Positions 27,561-41,569 are shown, numbered from the stretch's first letter. The stretch is 64,000 nucleotides of DNA from Octopus bimaculoides (GCF_001194135.2 NC_068998.1:823964-887963), one strand, 5' to 3'. Notes: a model not told the origin generated them from the letters alone. A program made the numbers and translations.

Positions 27561-28077
27561 ATTCCACAGGATTTTCTCATCATTGAACCCCGATCTTCCG
27601 TAGCTGTTTTCCCCTGTTTTCCTATGGCGTCTCTGCAACCAAACCGTTAGCAGTTTTTTATCAGTTAAATTTCCCGGCTTTGATCATAGCCACAACCTCT
27701 ACAAAGGAGCTTCTTTACATTAGACCAGTGAGGATAACCATTTCTTAACAAAGCTTCTATTGATATCAAGGGTTTTAGGGGTTGGTATTTATTACACGAA
27801 TGTAGTAACAGCCCCCATCTCCACAGCACTTCATGTCTAAGCGACCGAATTTGACGCCATGCTAAATGTGTGTATGTATGTATGTATGTATGTATGCATG
27901 CATGCATAAATGCTTGTACTTGTGTGTGTGTGTGTGTGTATGCTTCTCTGTGCGCGTGTGTATGTATGTATGTATGTATGTAATCTTGTACATATGTGTG
28001 TGCGTATGTATATATGCCTGTACGTGTGCGTGTATGTGTATATATGTATGCATGTATGTATGCTTGTACGCGCGCGC

Positions 28078-28125
<48 letters not shown>

Positions 28126-28126
28126 A

Positions 28127-28197
<71 letters not shown>

Positions 28198-28639
28198 GCT
28201 CGCTTTTATAATATTACTTTAGGCCAACGCTGAATACAAGCCAGTCATTAAGAAACTAACAAAGCTGTCTTGTTTAAGAGAAGACCAGGCGCTGTGTGTA
28301 TATCTAAGTGGGTATGGATTGGTGTGTGCGTATGTGTGTGTATATATATATATATATACGCACACACACACACACACACATACCTACCAGCGAACGATAA
28401 GTTACACTTGGGTATTTTCACCTTCCCTTCTCGTTTTATTTTTTATCATCATCACCATCATCATCATCATCGTCATCATCACCATCATCATCGTCGTCAT
28501 CATCATCATCATCATTACTGTCATCATCATCATCGTCATCATGTTTATGCTTGTCTTTCTTTCCCTTTTTCCACCTTACATTCATATTCCGAAGCAGGAG
28601 AACACATCCGAAACGTCGTAATTATATTTCTTCTCTTCT

Positions 28640-28830
28640 GGCGGTTATCATGACCACCTCCACAGGGATTCCCAACTGTCTCGTCTCTCCTTTCATAACT
28701 AAGTTGCGTCTAACTTCCTATGTTTATCACAGACCATTCCTTCCTCCCCAGGACCTCGGTCTTCTGGAACTCCCTTTCTGGTCATCTCCTTCATACAGAT
28801 GTCAAGCTGCAACACTATCAGCAGAATGCC
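28640..28830 (+). mobile_element. CR1/Jockey-like LINE 3' end
   Basis: SFLPRTSVFWNSLSGHLLHTDVKLQHYQQNANNIDL matches the SFFPRTxxxWNSLP C-terminal motif. Confidence 0.55.
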
Positions 28831-29391
28831 AATAATATCGATCTTTCTAGATTATTGACGGCCTGCAAAGTCTGTGGGCACTATCCATTCCTCCTGGCCC
28901 AGGAACTAATTCTTTGTACTTCTTGGAGTTCCTTAAAGTTAGATCTTCCAATGATCTTCCAATGGTTTTTACCTGTCTGGAGACAGACGTCACATCCAGG
29001 TGAATCAGAGATTCATAATGCAGTACAATAATTTACCGTCTAGAATGAATCATTACTGTTGCTGTTGTTGTTGACTTGTGAAAGTGTTTCATGGTTTTAT
29101 TGCCACCTGACAACATGTTTGGGATGGCAGAAGAACACGGAGAAGCAGACGAAACACGTCACTCACCTGTAGACACTTTTTTCATTCCCACCACCACCAC
29201 CACCACCACCAATCCCCACAAACCGACTATTGCAGTTGTTTAAATAATACCTCACTACTCCTCTCTGATATCTTCTTTAAATAATTTCATGTCGATATAT
29301 TATTCTACTCCAGACATATTATTTGTTAGTTAATATTATTATTACCACCATAATCATCATCATCATCATCATCATCATGCATATGTATATC

Positions 29392-29422
<31 letters not shown>

Positions 29423-29453
29423 ATATGTGTGTGTGTGTATGTGTGTGTGTGTA

Positions 29454-29484
<31 letters not shown>

Positions 29485-29753
29485 AAGACATCTCTGTATA
29501 TATTTCCCCGATGTGAACTAATGCCAATATGCTTGGCTTCGTCTGCAATGTTTTGGCAGTAAATGACAACTATTTACTTACTACTAAACTATATCAGTGT
29601 TGCTCATAGAACTCTCTTCTTCGCTTCCGAAGTCTGTTTAGACCATTATGGCATTATCCGTCTCATTATAAACTCGCTGCTGCTCCGAAATAAAAATAGG
29701 AAACAGGCGGAAAAGTGGAGATGACGCTATATTATATATACGCATTTATACTC

Positions 29754-29788
<35 letters not shown>

Positions 29789-30128
29789 TACGTATGTATG
29801 TGTATATGTATACATACATATATATACTTAATGTATACAGATACGCATATACACACACATGTACATACATACATACATATACATATATATGTGTATATAT
29901 ATATGTATATATATATTCTAGATATATATATGCATATATGTATGCATATGATATATGTATGAGCTCACGTGTGTGTATGCGTGCACTCTTAAAAATTCCC
30001 TGCGTACTTAACTGCAATAAACAAAGATAAAAAGGTAGAAATATCTGTCGAATTTTGCTTTGGTTTTGTTCCTATATTCTACATCATAACCACAGTATTA
30101 TTAATAATAATAATAATAATAATGATAA

Positions 30129-30330
30129 TGCTTTCTATTATAGGCACAAGGCCTGAAATTTGGGGGAAGAGGACTAGTTGATCACATCACTGGTACTTAA
30201 TTTATCGACCCTGAAAGGATGAAAGGCAAAGTCGACCTCGGCGGAATTTGAACTCAGAACGGAGTGACGGGCGAAATACCGCTAAGCATTTCGTCCGGCA
30301 TGTTAACGATTCTGGTTGAGACGCCGCCTT
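30129..30330 (-). mobile_element. SINE family A, near full length
   Basis: High similarity to 186-402. (AAT)n on both sides. Confidence 0.88.
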
Positions 30331-30422
30331 AATAATAATGACAATAATAATAATAATAATGATAATAATGATAATAATATTAATAATAATAATAATAATA
30401 ATAATAATGATGATGATGATGA

Positions 30423-30813
30423 TATAGTGTTAATTGACAAAGAAAACAAACGATGTTGGATCATAGATATAGGATGCCCAGCTGACAACAAGGTCAGCAA
30501 TAAGGAAGAAAGAAAAGTCGATAGATATGACAGGTTAGCTTGGGAGTTGGGAGGTGAAGCAGTTGTGGTCGATGTAAAAGGTGGTAGCAGTAGTACCAAT
30601 AACTGTCGGAGACCTGGGAACAGTGAGCAAAAATCTCTAGAAGTACGCGGAACAAATAGGGGCTGCAATAAGAGTGGAGCACTTGCAGAAAACAGCACTG
30701 CTTGGAACCGCTCGAATACTCCGGAAGGTGCTCGAAAAATAAGAGGCGTTGCCTTAGTTCACTGGTAGTGAACAGCTGACACTGTAGTACGTCTCCAGCG
30801 ATAGAAGCAGTGC
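30423..30813 (+). mobile_element. R4/Dong-like LINE 3' end (RLE endonuclease plus tail), 5'-truncated
   Basis: DIVLIDKENKRCWIIDIGCPADNKVSNKEERKVDRYDRLAWE, then shifted VVPITVGDLGTVSKNL...HLQKTALLGTARILRKVLEK-stop. (AAT)n arrays on both sides. Confidence 0.88.
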
Positions 30814-30872
<59 letters not shown>

Positions 30873-30885
30873 TAATAATAATAAT

Positions 30886-31391
30886 GAAAATACCCTGAGG
30901 CAGTGGTTCTCATGACTTCTGATCTTAACTGACTGGAAGTGTTATCATGTACATTGTTTTGTCTTGGTATAAAAGATGGGTTACAGCAAATATTCTGCTC
31001 AATACCACAGATTTGCTTGTCAGTTGCTTGACCTTAATCAGTTGAGCATGTCCCTTGGTGGCTGACGATATGTGCATCTCTGATCACGAGCAGAAGTAGT
31101 TGGGGTAGCATCATAGCTAAATGCTGAGAGGAATTCTTTGGAGTTTGAATAATTCACCTCTGGAAATATGGGTGTTTTGTTCATCATCCTTAAACAACCC
31201 TTATTCAGGAATCTTTTGAGTGGGATAGGCTACTCGACCTGAAGAAAATTCTAACTGGGCCCCACCTGCAAGGTCATGTGCTGTTAATCTTGATATGAGA
31301 TCCCCATGTCGCGCACAAGTGGTTGTGACGCATGTATCTGGTTTACCCTTATCAGACGGGTAGTCATGATGGGTATACTGGGCTTCGTATA
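30886..31391 (-). mobile_element. Non-coding interspersed repeat, family I (probable non-autonomous retroelement)
   Basis: About 300 bp aligns by eye with 51699-52039 (TATACCCATCATGACTACCC...GCAGGTGGGGCCCAGTTAGAATTTTCTTCAGG). Abuts (AAT)n. Confidence 0.75.
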
Positions 31392-31811
31392 ATCGACTGC
31401 CCCCCACCCTCCCAAAAGGTTTTGGGCCTTGTGCCTAGATTAGAAAAGTATATTTGTGATGCGGGTAAGTCGGAGGTGCTGATTTCTATCATTTTTTTTT
31501 TTTGCTTATTAATGAAACGTGAATACTTTCAGAGAGTAGAAATATATTACATTTCATACAAGTTTCGACATTTCAAGACCAAATTGCAGAAATCCAGCGT
31601 CGTTCTTCAGCATTTAACATTTAAGTTTCACCTTTTTCATATTTTACCAAAGTTGTTTTAGCAAGCTTTTATGAATTTTAGAGCCAAAAATAATATTTTA
31701 GAGAACAAGTAAATTCCAAAAGTTTCTGTTGAATTTTACTCGAATGTCTTCAAATATTATTATTTTAGACTTGCTTAAACGGGTATGATACGGGTATATT
31801 GATTTCTATTT

Positions 31812-31990
31812 TATGTACAAGACCAGCTAGATACATAGATATTGATACCTCTGATAGGCATAAAGCCAGCTGCATGTATAAATATCGATGTCTGCGTTAG
31901 GCATAAGGCCAGTTTGGTGCATAGATATTGCTATCTTTGTTAGGCACAAGGCCAGATGGCTACACAGATATTATCATGTAAGGTCAAACC
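31812..31990. repeat. 43-bp-period minisatellite (TAGGCAYAAGGCCAG...ATAGATATT...)
   Basis: TAGGCATAAAGCCAG, TAGGCATAAGGCCAG and TAGGCACAAGGCCAG at 31855, 31898 and 31941, with a partial copy near 31812. Confidence 0.75.
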
Positions 31991-33751
31991 AATTAGTAAG
32001 GCTGTTGTTACAAGAATCTTTTCTTTATGACTCTCGAAACAAAATCAAGAATGGGAATTCAAATGCATCTCTTTAATACAGTCATAATAAGGAGGTGGTG
32101 TCTCGGGTGAAGATTTGGCAGATTCAGTATAATGCGGGACAAAATCCATTCCTCTATGTTGCAGGTTCAAATCACACTAAAGTTGATTTCGTTTCTCATC
32201 CCCATGGAATCAATAAAATAGATATCCATTAAAACGTGGGGTAAAATAATCTAAAACCTGCTGCCTAAAGGCCACATGCAGTATTTTGATTACTTAATTA
32301 CAGAATTTTGGAATGAGCCTGGATTTGGCATAAAAACTGCATATTTTTGTGGATACCATATTATATTTAATCAGAAAATATATGTAAGCCATTAAAAGAT
32401 CAGTTTACAATTTTATTATCTATAATTATATTTTGACATTAGATGTAATTTTCTCATTAATAAAAGTTTCGTTAATGAGCTCCTTATTAGATTACACTTA
32501 ATTCAATGTAACTTTCAAATATAGAAAGTTTCCTCGACCCTGAAACTAAACACTTCCTCATAAACGTGTGGCTATCTTTTCATGACAGAAAACACCTTAA
32601 TTAGAAACCCTAAAGCAATTAGTTATGGAATTAAGTCTAAAAACTTTAATACTGCGCTTATTATGATAATGGCGTCGAAACAGATGTTGCTGGTGATATT
32701 TTCGAGTGTTGCTAATGACAGTAAACAGTGGGTTATAGTGTTGCTAATCTGAGAGAAAGCAGTGATGGATTTCCTCGCATTTTTCTAAATTCTGAGTTAA
32801 TTGTAATTATTTTTTTAACTCAGTAATTTAAAATAAGTTCCAAGTTTTTTTTTTTTTTAGTGTTTGTAAGAAATTGGTCATTTTGGCCGCTGTCAGGCCA
32901 TTTGTCTGCCCAAGGATTATGCAAGTCATTTCGTTGACCATTAATCTGCCGAACCAAAAGGCAACGTTAACGTCGTCACTAACCAAAAAACCGTTGCTGC
33001 TTTTGTTATCGCTTATCCTTACATCACTTCTAATTAAGGAAGCTTATTAACAGAAGCGTTCCAGCCGTGACTAGCTCATTTTGGTTTCAGCCCTTGTGTA
33101 TCTAGTACTACACAGTCGAATATGCTCTTGCTCTTTTAAGACGGTTGAGTGAGTTCAAGAAGATTTAGCTGCTATTTCTAGGAAGTGGAGCGACAACCTA
33201 GACGTTCTCTTATTGGCTTGTCCATTCGTTATAAATGCAGTTGGTTAATTCATTTCACATTTCCGGTTTTGAAATAGAGAAATATAACTCGCTATTTCCG
33301 GTTTGAAGGAAATGAAAGTTATCATAACTTTTTATCATTCGAGGATGTTTATTCAGAACCGTTTTCTTCCCGATGTTTCTTCTCTATGATTTCACACCAA
33401 ATTCTCTCTATTTCTTTCCACAAAAAAATTTAAATCAATAAATTATTTTCACATTATTTCCCCCATTTCGTGCGTTTTCCGCTGCATAACACTGCACTCT
33501 ATATGCACCTTGAAGATGTGCAGTTTTGTTTTGTTGTATTAAATTACTTTATGCAATACAGTTTCTTTCCCAACCAAAGCCATTTTCTCTGATTATGCCT
33601 AAAATGTTACTCTCAAATAAATAATAATAATAATTGATATAGCACACACCGAAAACTGGGTTTTTGTATTAAAAGTTGTGCGGTAAATCCGAGACATTTC
33701 ACTAAATGTCAGAATGTGAAGATAAGCTTTTGTTTTTACTTTAGATAAAAG

Positions 33752-33902
33752 GCGCAGACGTGGTTGCGTGCTCCGAAGCTTGTTCTGTGTTCAGACCTTA
33801 CTGCGAGGCACCTTGGACAAGTCTCTTCTACTATAGCCTCGTGCCAATCAAAGCTTTGTGAATGGATTTGGTAGACGGAAAATAAAAGAAACCCTTCGTA
33901 TA
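33752..33902 (+). mobile_element. CORE-like SINE, family B
   Basis: GCACCTTGGACAAGTCTCTTCTACTATAGCCTCG...GGATTTGGTAGACGGAAA followed by (GATA)n. Confidence 0.8.
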
Positions 33903-33915
33903 GATAGACAGACAT

Positions 33916-33955
<40 letters not shown>

Positions 33956-34442
33956 GTTTCTTTATTAGCCACACAGGGCCGAACACAGAGGGGACAATAC
34001 AATGTAGAACCTTTCTTTTCGAGAAAAAAAAAAACGATCAAAAGGGATCGAAAGCGTTTGGGACGTGTAAACAGCAAAATAAGGTGGAGTAAAAATGTAA
34101 AACGGACTAGGTTTATCCGTGGAAAGAAAAGCCTACGAAAAAGACCACGGTAACCTCAAATAGGGAAAGAAACACATGAGAGTAAAGCGCGCTCTCTCTC
34201 TCTCTCTTTCACACATTTACAGAATCATGCTCAAAGTGGGTTCATGATTCACGTGTACCATCTTTGGTGCATTCAGCCACTTTTTATTGAAACTTTCATG
34301 AGACAAAACTTCCCTCTCTATTCTCACCTTCCAAGTAAAAAGAAATGACATCAAACAGATCGAACCCCTGCCGCCATTTCGGTTCGTCGGAAGATTATTT
34401 CTAACTTTACTTCTCCCTCTTCCTCTTCTTTATGATTCAGTC

Positions 34443-34648
34443 GTTTCTAATTTAGGTACAACGCTAGCAATTTTGAGGGGGGGGGCGTTAGTCGATTGCA
34501 CCGATCCCAATACATGACTGGTATTTTGTTCTGTCGATCCCTTTAGAATGAAAAGCAAAGCTGACAGCCGAATTTGAACTGAGAGTGTAAAGTGCTGCAA
34601 TGCATTTTGCCCGATGCTCTTCCGATTCTGCCAGACCCGCGTCCTTAA
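34443..34648 (-). mobile_element. SINE family A, diverged
   Basis: Recognisable GATCCC...GAATGAAAAGCAAAG...GAATTTGAACT...GATTCTGCCAG blocks. Confidence 0.65.
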
Positions 34649-37173
34649 TACTTTACCATAAACTCAAAATATGGTAAAATGCTCAACATTCCTGCGGGTT
34701 TTCATTTCAAAATTGTTTAGAGAACACTTGTCTCGTCCAAACTGTTCAACATAAATAAAGTTTTATAGATTTAATGCTTTTTTTTCTTTTTTCTTTTTTT
34801 TTTGCGCTGTGCTTTTTCTGTTTTGTTGAAATAAAGCTTTTAAACAGTGTTTATCGTTGAAACAGTTTCGAATTTCACAACGATATATTTTCGTTATGAT
34901 TCATTAGAAATAAACAAACCACCCGACTTATTTCAAGCCACTTGAGATAAACAGTTTTAACCCTAGTTATCTTGTAAGATATCTTCTCTGCCTTTTTTTC
35001 TGACGAAACTGAACCAAACAATAAATTCTTGTAAAAAAAAACATCTTCAAGATGGAAACAAAACTGAAGATAGGACTTTGACTGGCATTGATTTCCTTCT
35101 TATGATCTTGGCACAAAACCAATTCTTGCCGTAGAACACTTTCGTGGATCGCATCAATTCCCAAATATTACTTAATACACCAACTCCAGTATATTTGTGC
35201 ATCTTAATTCACGGTCCTACTCTGATTTCAGCTGAAGGCAGAGTGATTCAAAGCCTGGTCAGATCATAGAATGGTCTCAGGACATTTGTCCTGCTAACGG
35301 AGAATTCGAATTCAGTACAGCCAAATAGCTCACTCGTTAATGTTACAGTGCTACCACTAGTTTCGATCTGATAGCATTGCAAGGATACACTGGAAAGTAA
35401 GACAGAAATCAAATAAGGTCCACATTCTGCTAGTCAACCATTTCGGCTGCTTCACACACATCCTCCTCTTCTGTTTTCTCTTTACAATGGCTGAATAACT
35501 TATAGATATATATATGTATATGTATAATGCATGTAAAGAAAGCGAGGAGAGAGAGGGGAGAGAAAAAGAAAGATGACGACGACGACGACGATTACAAGGA
35601 GGAGGAGGAGGAGGAGGAGGACTGAAAGACGGAAAGATAACTTTGCTGGTGGAGTAAGTAAATTCAGTGTTGATTGAAACGTCCATCTGTTAACAGTTTC
35701 TGTTCGTCAAACAATGGAATAAATCTTGGTTGAGGAATATAAACACGACCAGTCACGTAGCTTCAAAGTAAAACGGTAAACAATGATAACAACAACAACA
35801 ACAACAGTAATATAATGAAATATATATTAAAAAAAAAAAGATTATTAGCGGTGATTGCCCCGAAGAAGGAAAAATAGTGGAGGAAAATGATTAAAAACTT
35901 GGAGACTGAGAGCAAGACAAAGACTGGCAGTTAGTTTGAAAATGGAACAGAACTGGTTTTGGCGGTGGGTGGAATGGAATAACAAGGAGGAATTTAGAAT
36001 ATAAACTGCAGATAAAACGCAACGATTATTTCTTACACTTGGCACCAGACCAACATTTTCTGGGAGAAGTGTACTCCATTACATTGAGCCCAGTAGATGC
36101 CTGGTATTGTATTTTGTCGATTTTGAAAAACTTGGTTTCAGTGGGATTTGAAACCGGAACGTAAGCAAACGTGATTGCATAACACAATGCATTTTGTCCG
36201 ATGCTCTACCGGTTCGCTCAACCACAGACAATCTTCTAACAATAACTATGTCTAACATTTGTACAAGGTCAGCAACGGAAGAGGATGGGAACAATCTGTT
36301 ACTTCGACTCCAGCACATGACTGGTATTTTATTTTATCGATCCAAGAAACACAGGGAGAGAAAGAAAGAAAGTGAGAGAGAGAGAGCTCACTCGTCTTGA
36401 TGTTGGAGTTGTCCGAGCAAACTAGTTGAGATGGGGGATTCCCCGAAAGCCCCCCCCCCCACCACCACTAGCACCTCCTGAATCATTTGTTCCGATTTTC
36501 TCGTTGAAGACCGTAAATCAACAGTTGTTTTGCTCTCGTTGTCTTACATGTTTCTCTGTATAACAAATGATTCTGATGGCTCTATGTTCAGCTCTTTGAA
36601 ATATTCACCTCACTTAACAATATTTCTGCTGTCTGTTACTCCTCCATCAAATCGGTTTCGAACTGCAGTTTGGCCGGTTTATTTGGTTCGTAGTTTTCTT
36701 GTTTCGGTGGCGGTGGCGGCGATGTTTGTAGCTCAAATACTTCCATTGGCTGAGTTGTTTCTTTCAGCTCATTTCTTGCGTAAATTATGTAAACTTCGTA
36801 GGCCATATATTCACCTCGTTTTTTCGTATATTGTCTATTGGAGACAAGGTAGATCAAGTGCTGTGCTCATAATGTATTTTGCAACAGAAACGTGTGTCCA
36901 TAGCTGCCGTCTGGCCTCCAGAAAATCACATCAACTTTTTTCTTTAATGGCATGTCAGTTCTGGAGAATTCTCGATTCATGAGATAACCTCCCCTTATCA
37001 TTTGGAGTTGTCCCAGTTGCTACCTGGTGATTGTTTTACTTTCTCTGGGAGCGAAAATAATTTCAATGAAACAAGAATTTATCTTGTATGGCATTTATAT
37101 ATATTTATTCGTCTTTGTATGTGTGTATGTGCGCGCGCGAGTATATATATATATATATATACGCACACACAGA

Positions 37174-37206
<33 letters not shown>

Positions 37207-37811
37207 NNNNNNNNNNNNNNNNNNNNNNNNNNNNNNNNNNNNNNNNNNNNNNNNNNNNNNNNNNNNNNNNNNNNNNNNNNNNNNNNNNNNNNNNNNNNNN
37301 NNNNNNNNNNNNNNNNNNNNNNNNNNNNNNNNNNNNNNNNNNNNNNNNNNNNNNNNNNNNNNNNNNNNNNNNNNNNNNNNNNNNNNNNNNNNNNNNNNNN
37401 NNNNNNNNNNNNNNNNNNNNNNNNNNNNNNNNNNNNNNNNNNNNNNNNNNNNNNNNNNNNNNNNNNNNNNNNNNNNNNNNNNNNNNNNNNNNNNNNNNNN
37501 NNNNNNNNNNNNNNNNNNNNNNNNNNNNNNNNNNNNNNNNNNNNNNNNNNNNNNNNNNNNNNNNNNNNNNNNNNNNNNNNNNNNNNNNNNNNNNNNNNNN
37601 NNNNNNNNNNNNNNNNNNNNNNNNNNNNNNNNNNNNNNNNNNNNNNNNNNNNNNNNNNNNNNNNNNNNNNNNNNNNNNNNNNNNNNNNNNNNNNNNNNNN
37701 NNNNNNNNNNNNNNNNNNNNNNNNNNNNNNNNNNNNNNNNNNNNNNNNNNNNNNNNNNNNNNNNNNNNNNNNNNNNNNNNNNNNNNNNNNNNNNNNNNNN
37801 NNNNNNNNNNN

Positions 37812-37865
<54 letters not shown>

Positions 37866-38189
37866 TGTGTGCGTGTGTATATTTCTGTCGTGTGTGTGTG
37901 TGTATTCACGCACATACATACAAATATATATAATAGATGCACACATATATATCTCCATCAGGTATGCAGGCGCCCACATTGCTATTAAGTTTTCCGGCAG
38001 CAGGCATGAAATTATATATTATCGGTCAGAATTTTGAAATTTTTTTTCCCTCCTCATTGAGCCGTTTGCTAAACTTTTACACAAAGAATTATTCTTTATT
38101 ATATTCACAAAACATTTATTCCTGTCGCCAATATCATTAAAACCCCATCCAGCGGCCACCACTTCAGAATTTATTCTAAATTATTCCTA

Positions 38190-38640
38190 ACTATTCTGTG
38201 GAGTTATTTCGCCCCTCAGAGATCATTCGCGGAAATTCTACGTACATTCCCCAGTCCTTCTAAGCTCTGTCCTGAGCTCTTTCCCTGCGAGTAACAGCAG
38301 AGGGGTCGACGGTCACCGACCGGATACCTGACGGACTTGCTGGGAGCCGCCTGCTGAGTGCAATCTTGGTTCTCCTTAACAGATTCATTCACGGCACCCT
38401 AGATTCTTATTCTCGTGTCTTCGTTTCAGTCCGCCTCATCGCTCTCAGTAAGCGAGACGTGCCATACACTCCATCGTTGTCGGCAACGTCTTCCGGAGGC
38501 TCGCAGCCAAGATCATCTGCAGATCTGTAGCACCTGAACTAGGCGAGGAATTCTTCCCGGTGCAGTTGGGAGTCGGCGTGGCCAACGGGTGTGAGGAAGC
38601 CACCCATGCCACTAGACAGATTTTCAATTACTATCCTTCT
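38190..38640 (+). mobile_element. CRE-clade-like non-LTR RT fragment (GC-rich)
   Basis: RLIALSKRD, then (frameshift) AIHSIVVGNVFRRLAAKIICRSVAPELGEEFFPVQLGVGVANGCEEATHATR. This matches the RLxALxK..G.RPIAVG..RRL..K / QLGVG..GG.EA..HA pattern. Confidence 0.7.
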
Positions 38641-38659
38641 GAGCCGACATCGAGGAATT

Positions 38660-38960
38660 CATAGAGGTTAGATGCCCTGCAGATATAAATATCTCTTTGA
38701 AAATCAGTCAAAGAAAAGGAGGATATCTTTGGACAACTGCTTCGAAACCTCCAGCTTCTATATTCAGACTATGAATCCATATTCATACCAATAATAATTG
38801 GAGCACTAAGTTTTGTTAGTAAATGCTTAAAGGAGATTCTGGATAAACTGGGATTTTCAGAAAGAGAAATCGACCGGCAAATTCATACATTATAAGTGCA
38901 ATCTGTGAGTGGAACAATAAAAATATGCAAGACTTTTCTCAAGTTCCAAATGTGATTTTG
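38660..38960 (+). mobile_element. R4/Dong-like RLE endonuclease 3' end
   Basis: IEVRCPADINISLKI...FGQLLRNLQLLYSDYESIFIPIIIGALSFVSKCLKEILDKLGF...GTIKICKTFLKF. Confidence 0.7.
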
Positions 38961-39307
38961 TCTGTGTTAACAACATCCCAAAGATGGAGCCTTGTATCAT
39001 TGCTGGAAACCGGCTCCCTCCTCGGTGGAAGATTTATAATAATTAAAAAATAGAAGCTATACATACATACACACGTGCGCGCAGACACACACACAATATT
39101 TAGATAGGGTTAAAACGCAAGCTGTGTCCTCTTGATGCACATCTGTCTATTCCAGTTTTCCAGATCCGTGTGGAGCTGTTACGATTGTGTCAGGTGTGCA
39201 TCAGAGCTGAAAGTACTGGGGGAAGTTTTCTGAAAGAGTAATAATATCAAAACAGGGAGATTGGAAAATAAATAATACCAAGCATTTTCCAATCTTTTAT
39301 TTTGATA

Positions 39308-39352
<45 letters not shown>

Positions 39353-40077
39353 NNNNNNNNNNNNNNNNNNNNNNNNNNNNNNNNNNNNNNNNNNNNNNNN
39401 NNNNNNNNNNNNNNNNNNNNNNNNNNNNNNNNNNNNNNNNNNNNNNNNNNNNNNNNNNNNNNNNNNNNNNNNNNNNNNNNNNNNNNNNNNNNNNNNNNNN
39501 NNNNNNNNNNNNNNNNNNNNNNNNNNNNNNNNNNNNNNNNNNNNNNNNNNNNNNNNNNNNNNNNNNNNNNNNNNNNNNNNNNNNNNNNNNNNNNNNNNNN
39601 NNNNNNNNNNNNNNNNNNNNNNNNNNNNNNNNNNNNNNNNNNNNNNNNNNNNNNNNNNNNNNNNNNNNNNNNNNNNNNNNNNNNNNNNNNNNNNNNNNNN
39701 NNNNNNNNNNNNNNNNNNNNNNNNNNNNNNNNNNNNNNNNNNNNNNNNNNNNNNNNNNNNNNNNNNNNNNNNNNNNNNNNNNNNNNNNNNNNNNNNNNNN
39801 NNNNNNNNNNNNNNNNNNNNNNNNNNNNNNNNNNNNNNNNNNNNNNNNNNNNNNNNNNNNNNNNNNNNNNNNNNNNNNNNNNNNNNNNNNNNNNNNNNNN
39901 NNNNNNNNNNNNNNNNNNNNNNNNNNNNNNNNNNNNNNNNNNNNNNNNNNNNNNNNNNNNNNNNNNNNNNNNNNNNNNNNNNNNNNNNNNNNNNNNNNNN
40001 NNNNNNNNNNNNNNNNNNNNNNNNNNNNNNNNNNNNNNNNNNNNNNNNNNNNNNNNNNNNNNNNNNNNNNNNNNNNN

Positions 40078-40140
<63 letters not shown>

Positions 40141-41569
40141 ATATATATATATATACATATATGTGTATATATATATATACATACATAGATAGATAGATAT
40201 ATATGTATATATATGTATTTGTGTGTATATATATGTGTGTATGTATATATATGCGTGTGTGTATATATATGTGTGTGTTTGTATCTATGAGTATGTATGC
40301 ATAAATGCATATGTATGTATATGTATATATGCTTGCATACATACATATAAACTGTGTTGGAATATATCATCAACGATGGAGAATTGGTTACTAAAAGCCT
40401 ATATTTACCATATAAATGCAAAGGTGGGCGTTTTTAGCAATTGGAAAGAATGCAGCTGCGAAAAGAACGATGATAAGCTTTTGAAATAACAGAAGGAACT
40501 GGGAAAAGAACGGCACCGATTACTGAGGGAGATGAAAAACGCGAAGAGGCAAAAGAAACAACGATGTTTGTTTCCCATTCTTTGCTTACATGGCACCACA
40601 AGCGGTAGAATAAACCCATGTGGTGTGGTGTAGATATTGAAAGAACGTAAAGAACGAATTATTGATTCAGGATCATAAAGAATGGTTATAATGTCTTATA
40701 TTTATTCGGAAGAATTCAATATTGAACATTCGCTAACCTCACAAGTTGGGAAATAGGCAAAGAATAGTTTATGATTCTTCACTCAAAAATCCCTCTCTTT
40801 ATCACATATACTCACTATCAGTCTCTCTCTCTCTCTCTCTTCCCCCCCCTCTCTCTCTCTCCCTCCCCCCTCTCTCCTTCTCTCTCTCTCTCGGTGTATA
40901 TATATTTTTCTTTTTTATTCTTTTATTTGTTTCAGTCATTTGACTGCGGCGATGCAGACATCAAGCCCAGGACTTTGTAAGCCTAGTACTTATTCTATCG
41001 ATCTCTTTGTCCGAACCGCTAAGTTACGGGGACGTAAACACACCAACGTCGATTGTCAAGCGAAGGTGGAGGGGACAGACACAGACACACAAACGTATAC
41101 ATGTGAAGGTAGGTGTAGCAAAAACAAATGTAATTGAGAAAACCAACGGTGAGAAAAAAGCAAAATCATTTTAATAAACTTCACACTTTTGGTGGAAAAA
41201 TTCGAATTTTATTGGAGTGAAGAGCTGGGTCCTCAAACGTCTTGGATTTAGGCCCTCGTCGAATAATGTGAGAAGTGTGTTGCGGGTGTGTAAACGAGGA
41301 AGAGAAATGAAAGAAAAACAGTGGCGGAAGGGAAATAACCAAGTATGGATAGTCATTTAGTCTATCAATTATCTCCCTTAGAAATTCATAGCTTCATTGT
41401 TATTAGATGGAACGTTGGGTCAAAGTTCATCAGTCAAAGTTCAAGAGATGACAGATCTGAAAGCGATATCAATAAAACTCAGTTTGGCTTCCGCTGCCAT
41501 GACGAAGCTGAACACCAAAATGGAAAAGTGATTCCATTAGTTTTCCAACAATATTCAAACAATACAAGT

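Noticed and set aside
31812-31990. CRISPR-like appearance of regularly spaced TAGGCAYAAGGCCAG repeats
   Set aside because: The intervening sequences are also similar to each other (a whole-unit tandem repeat), there are only about four copies, the context is eukaryotic and there are no cas genes.
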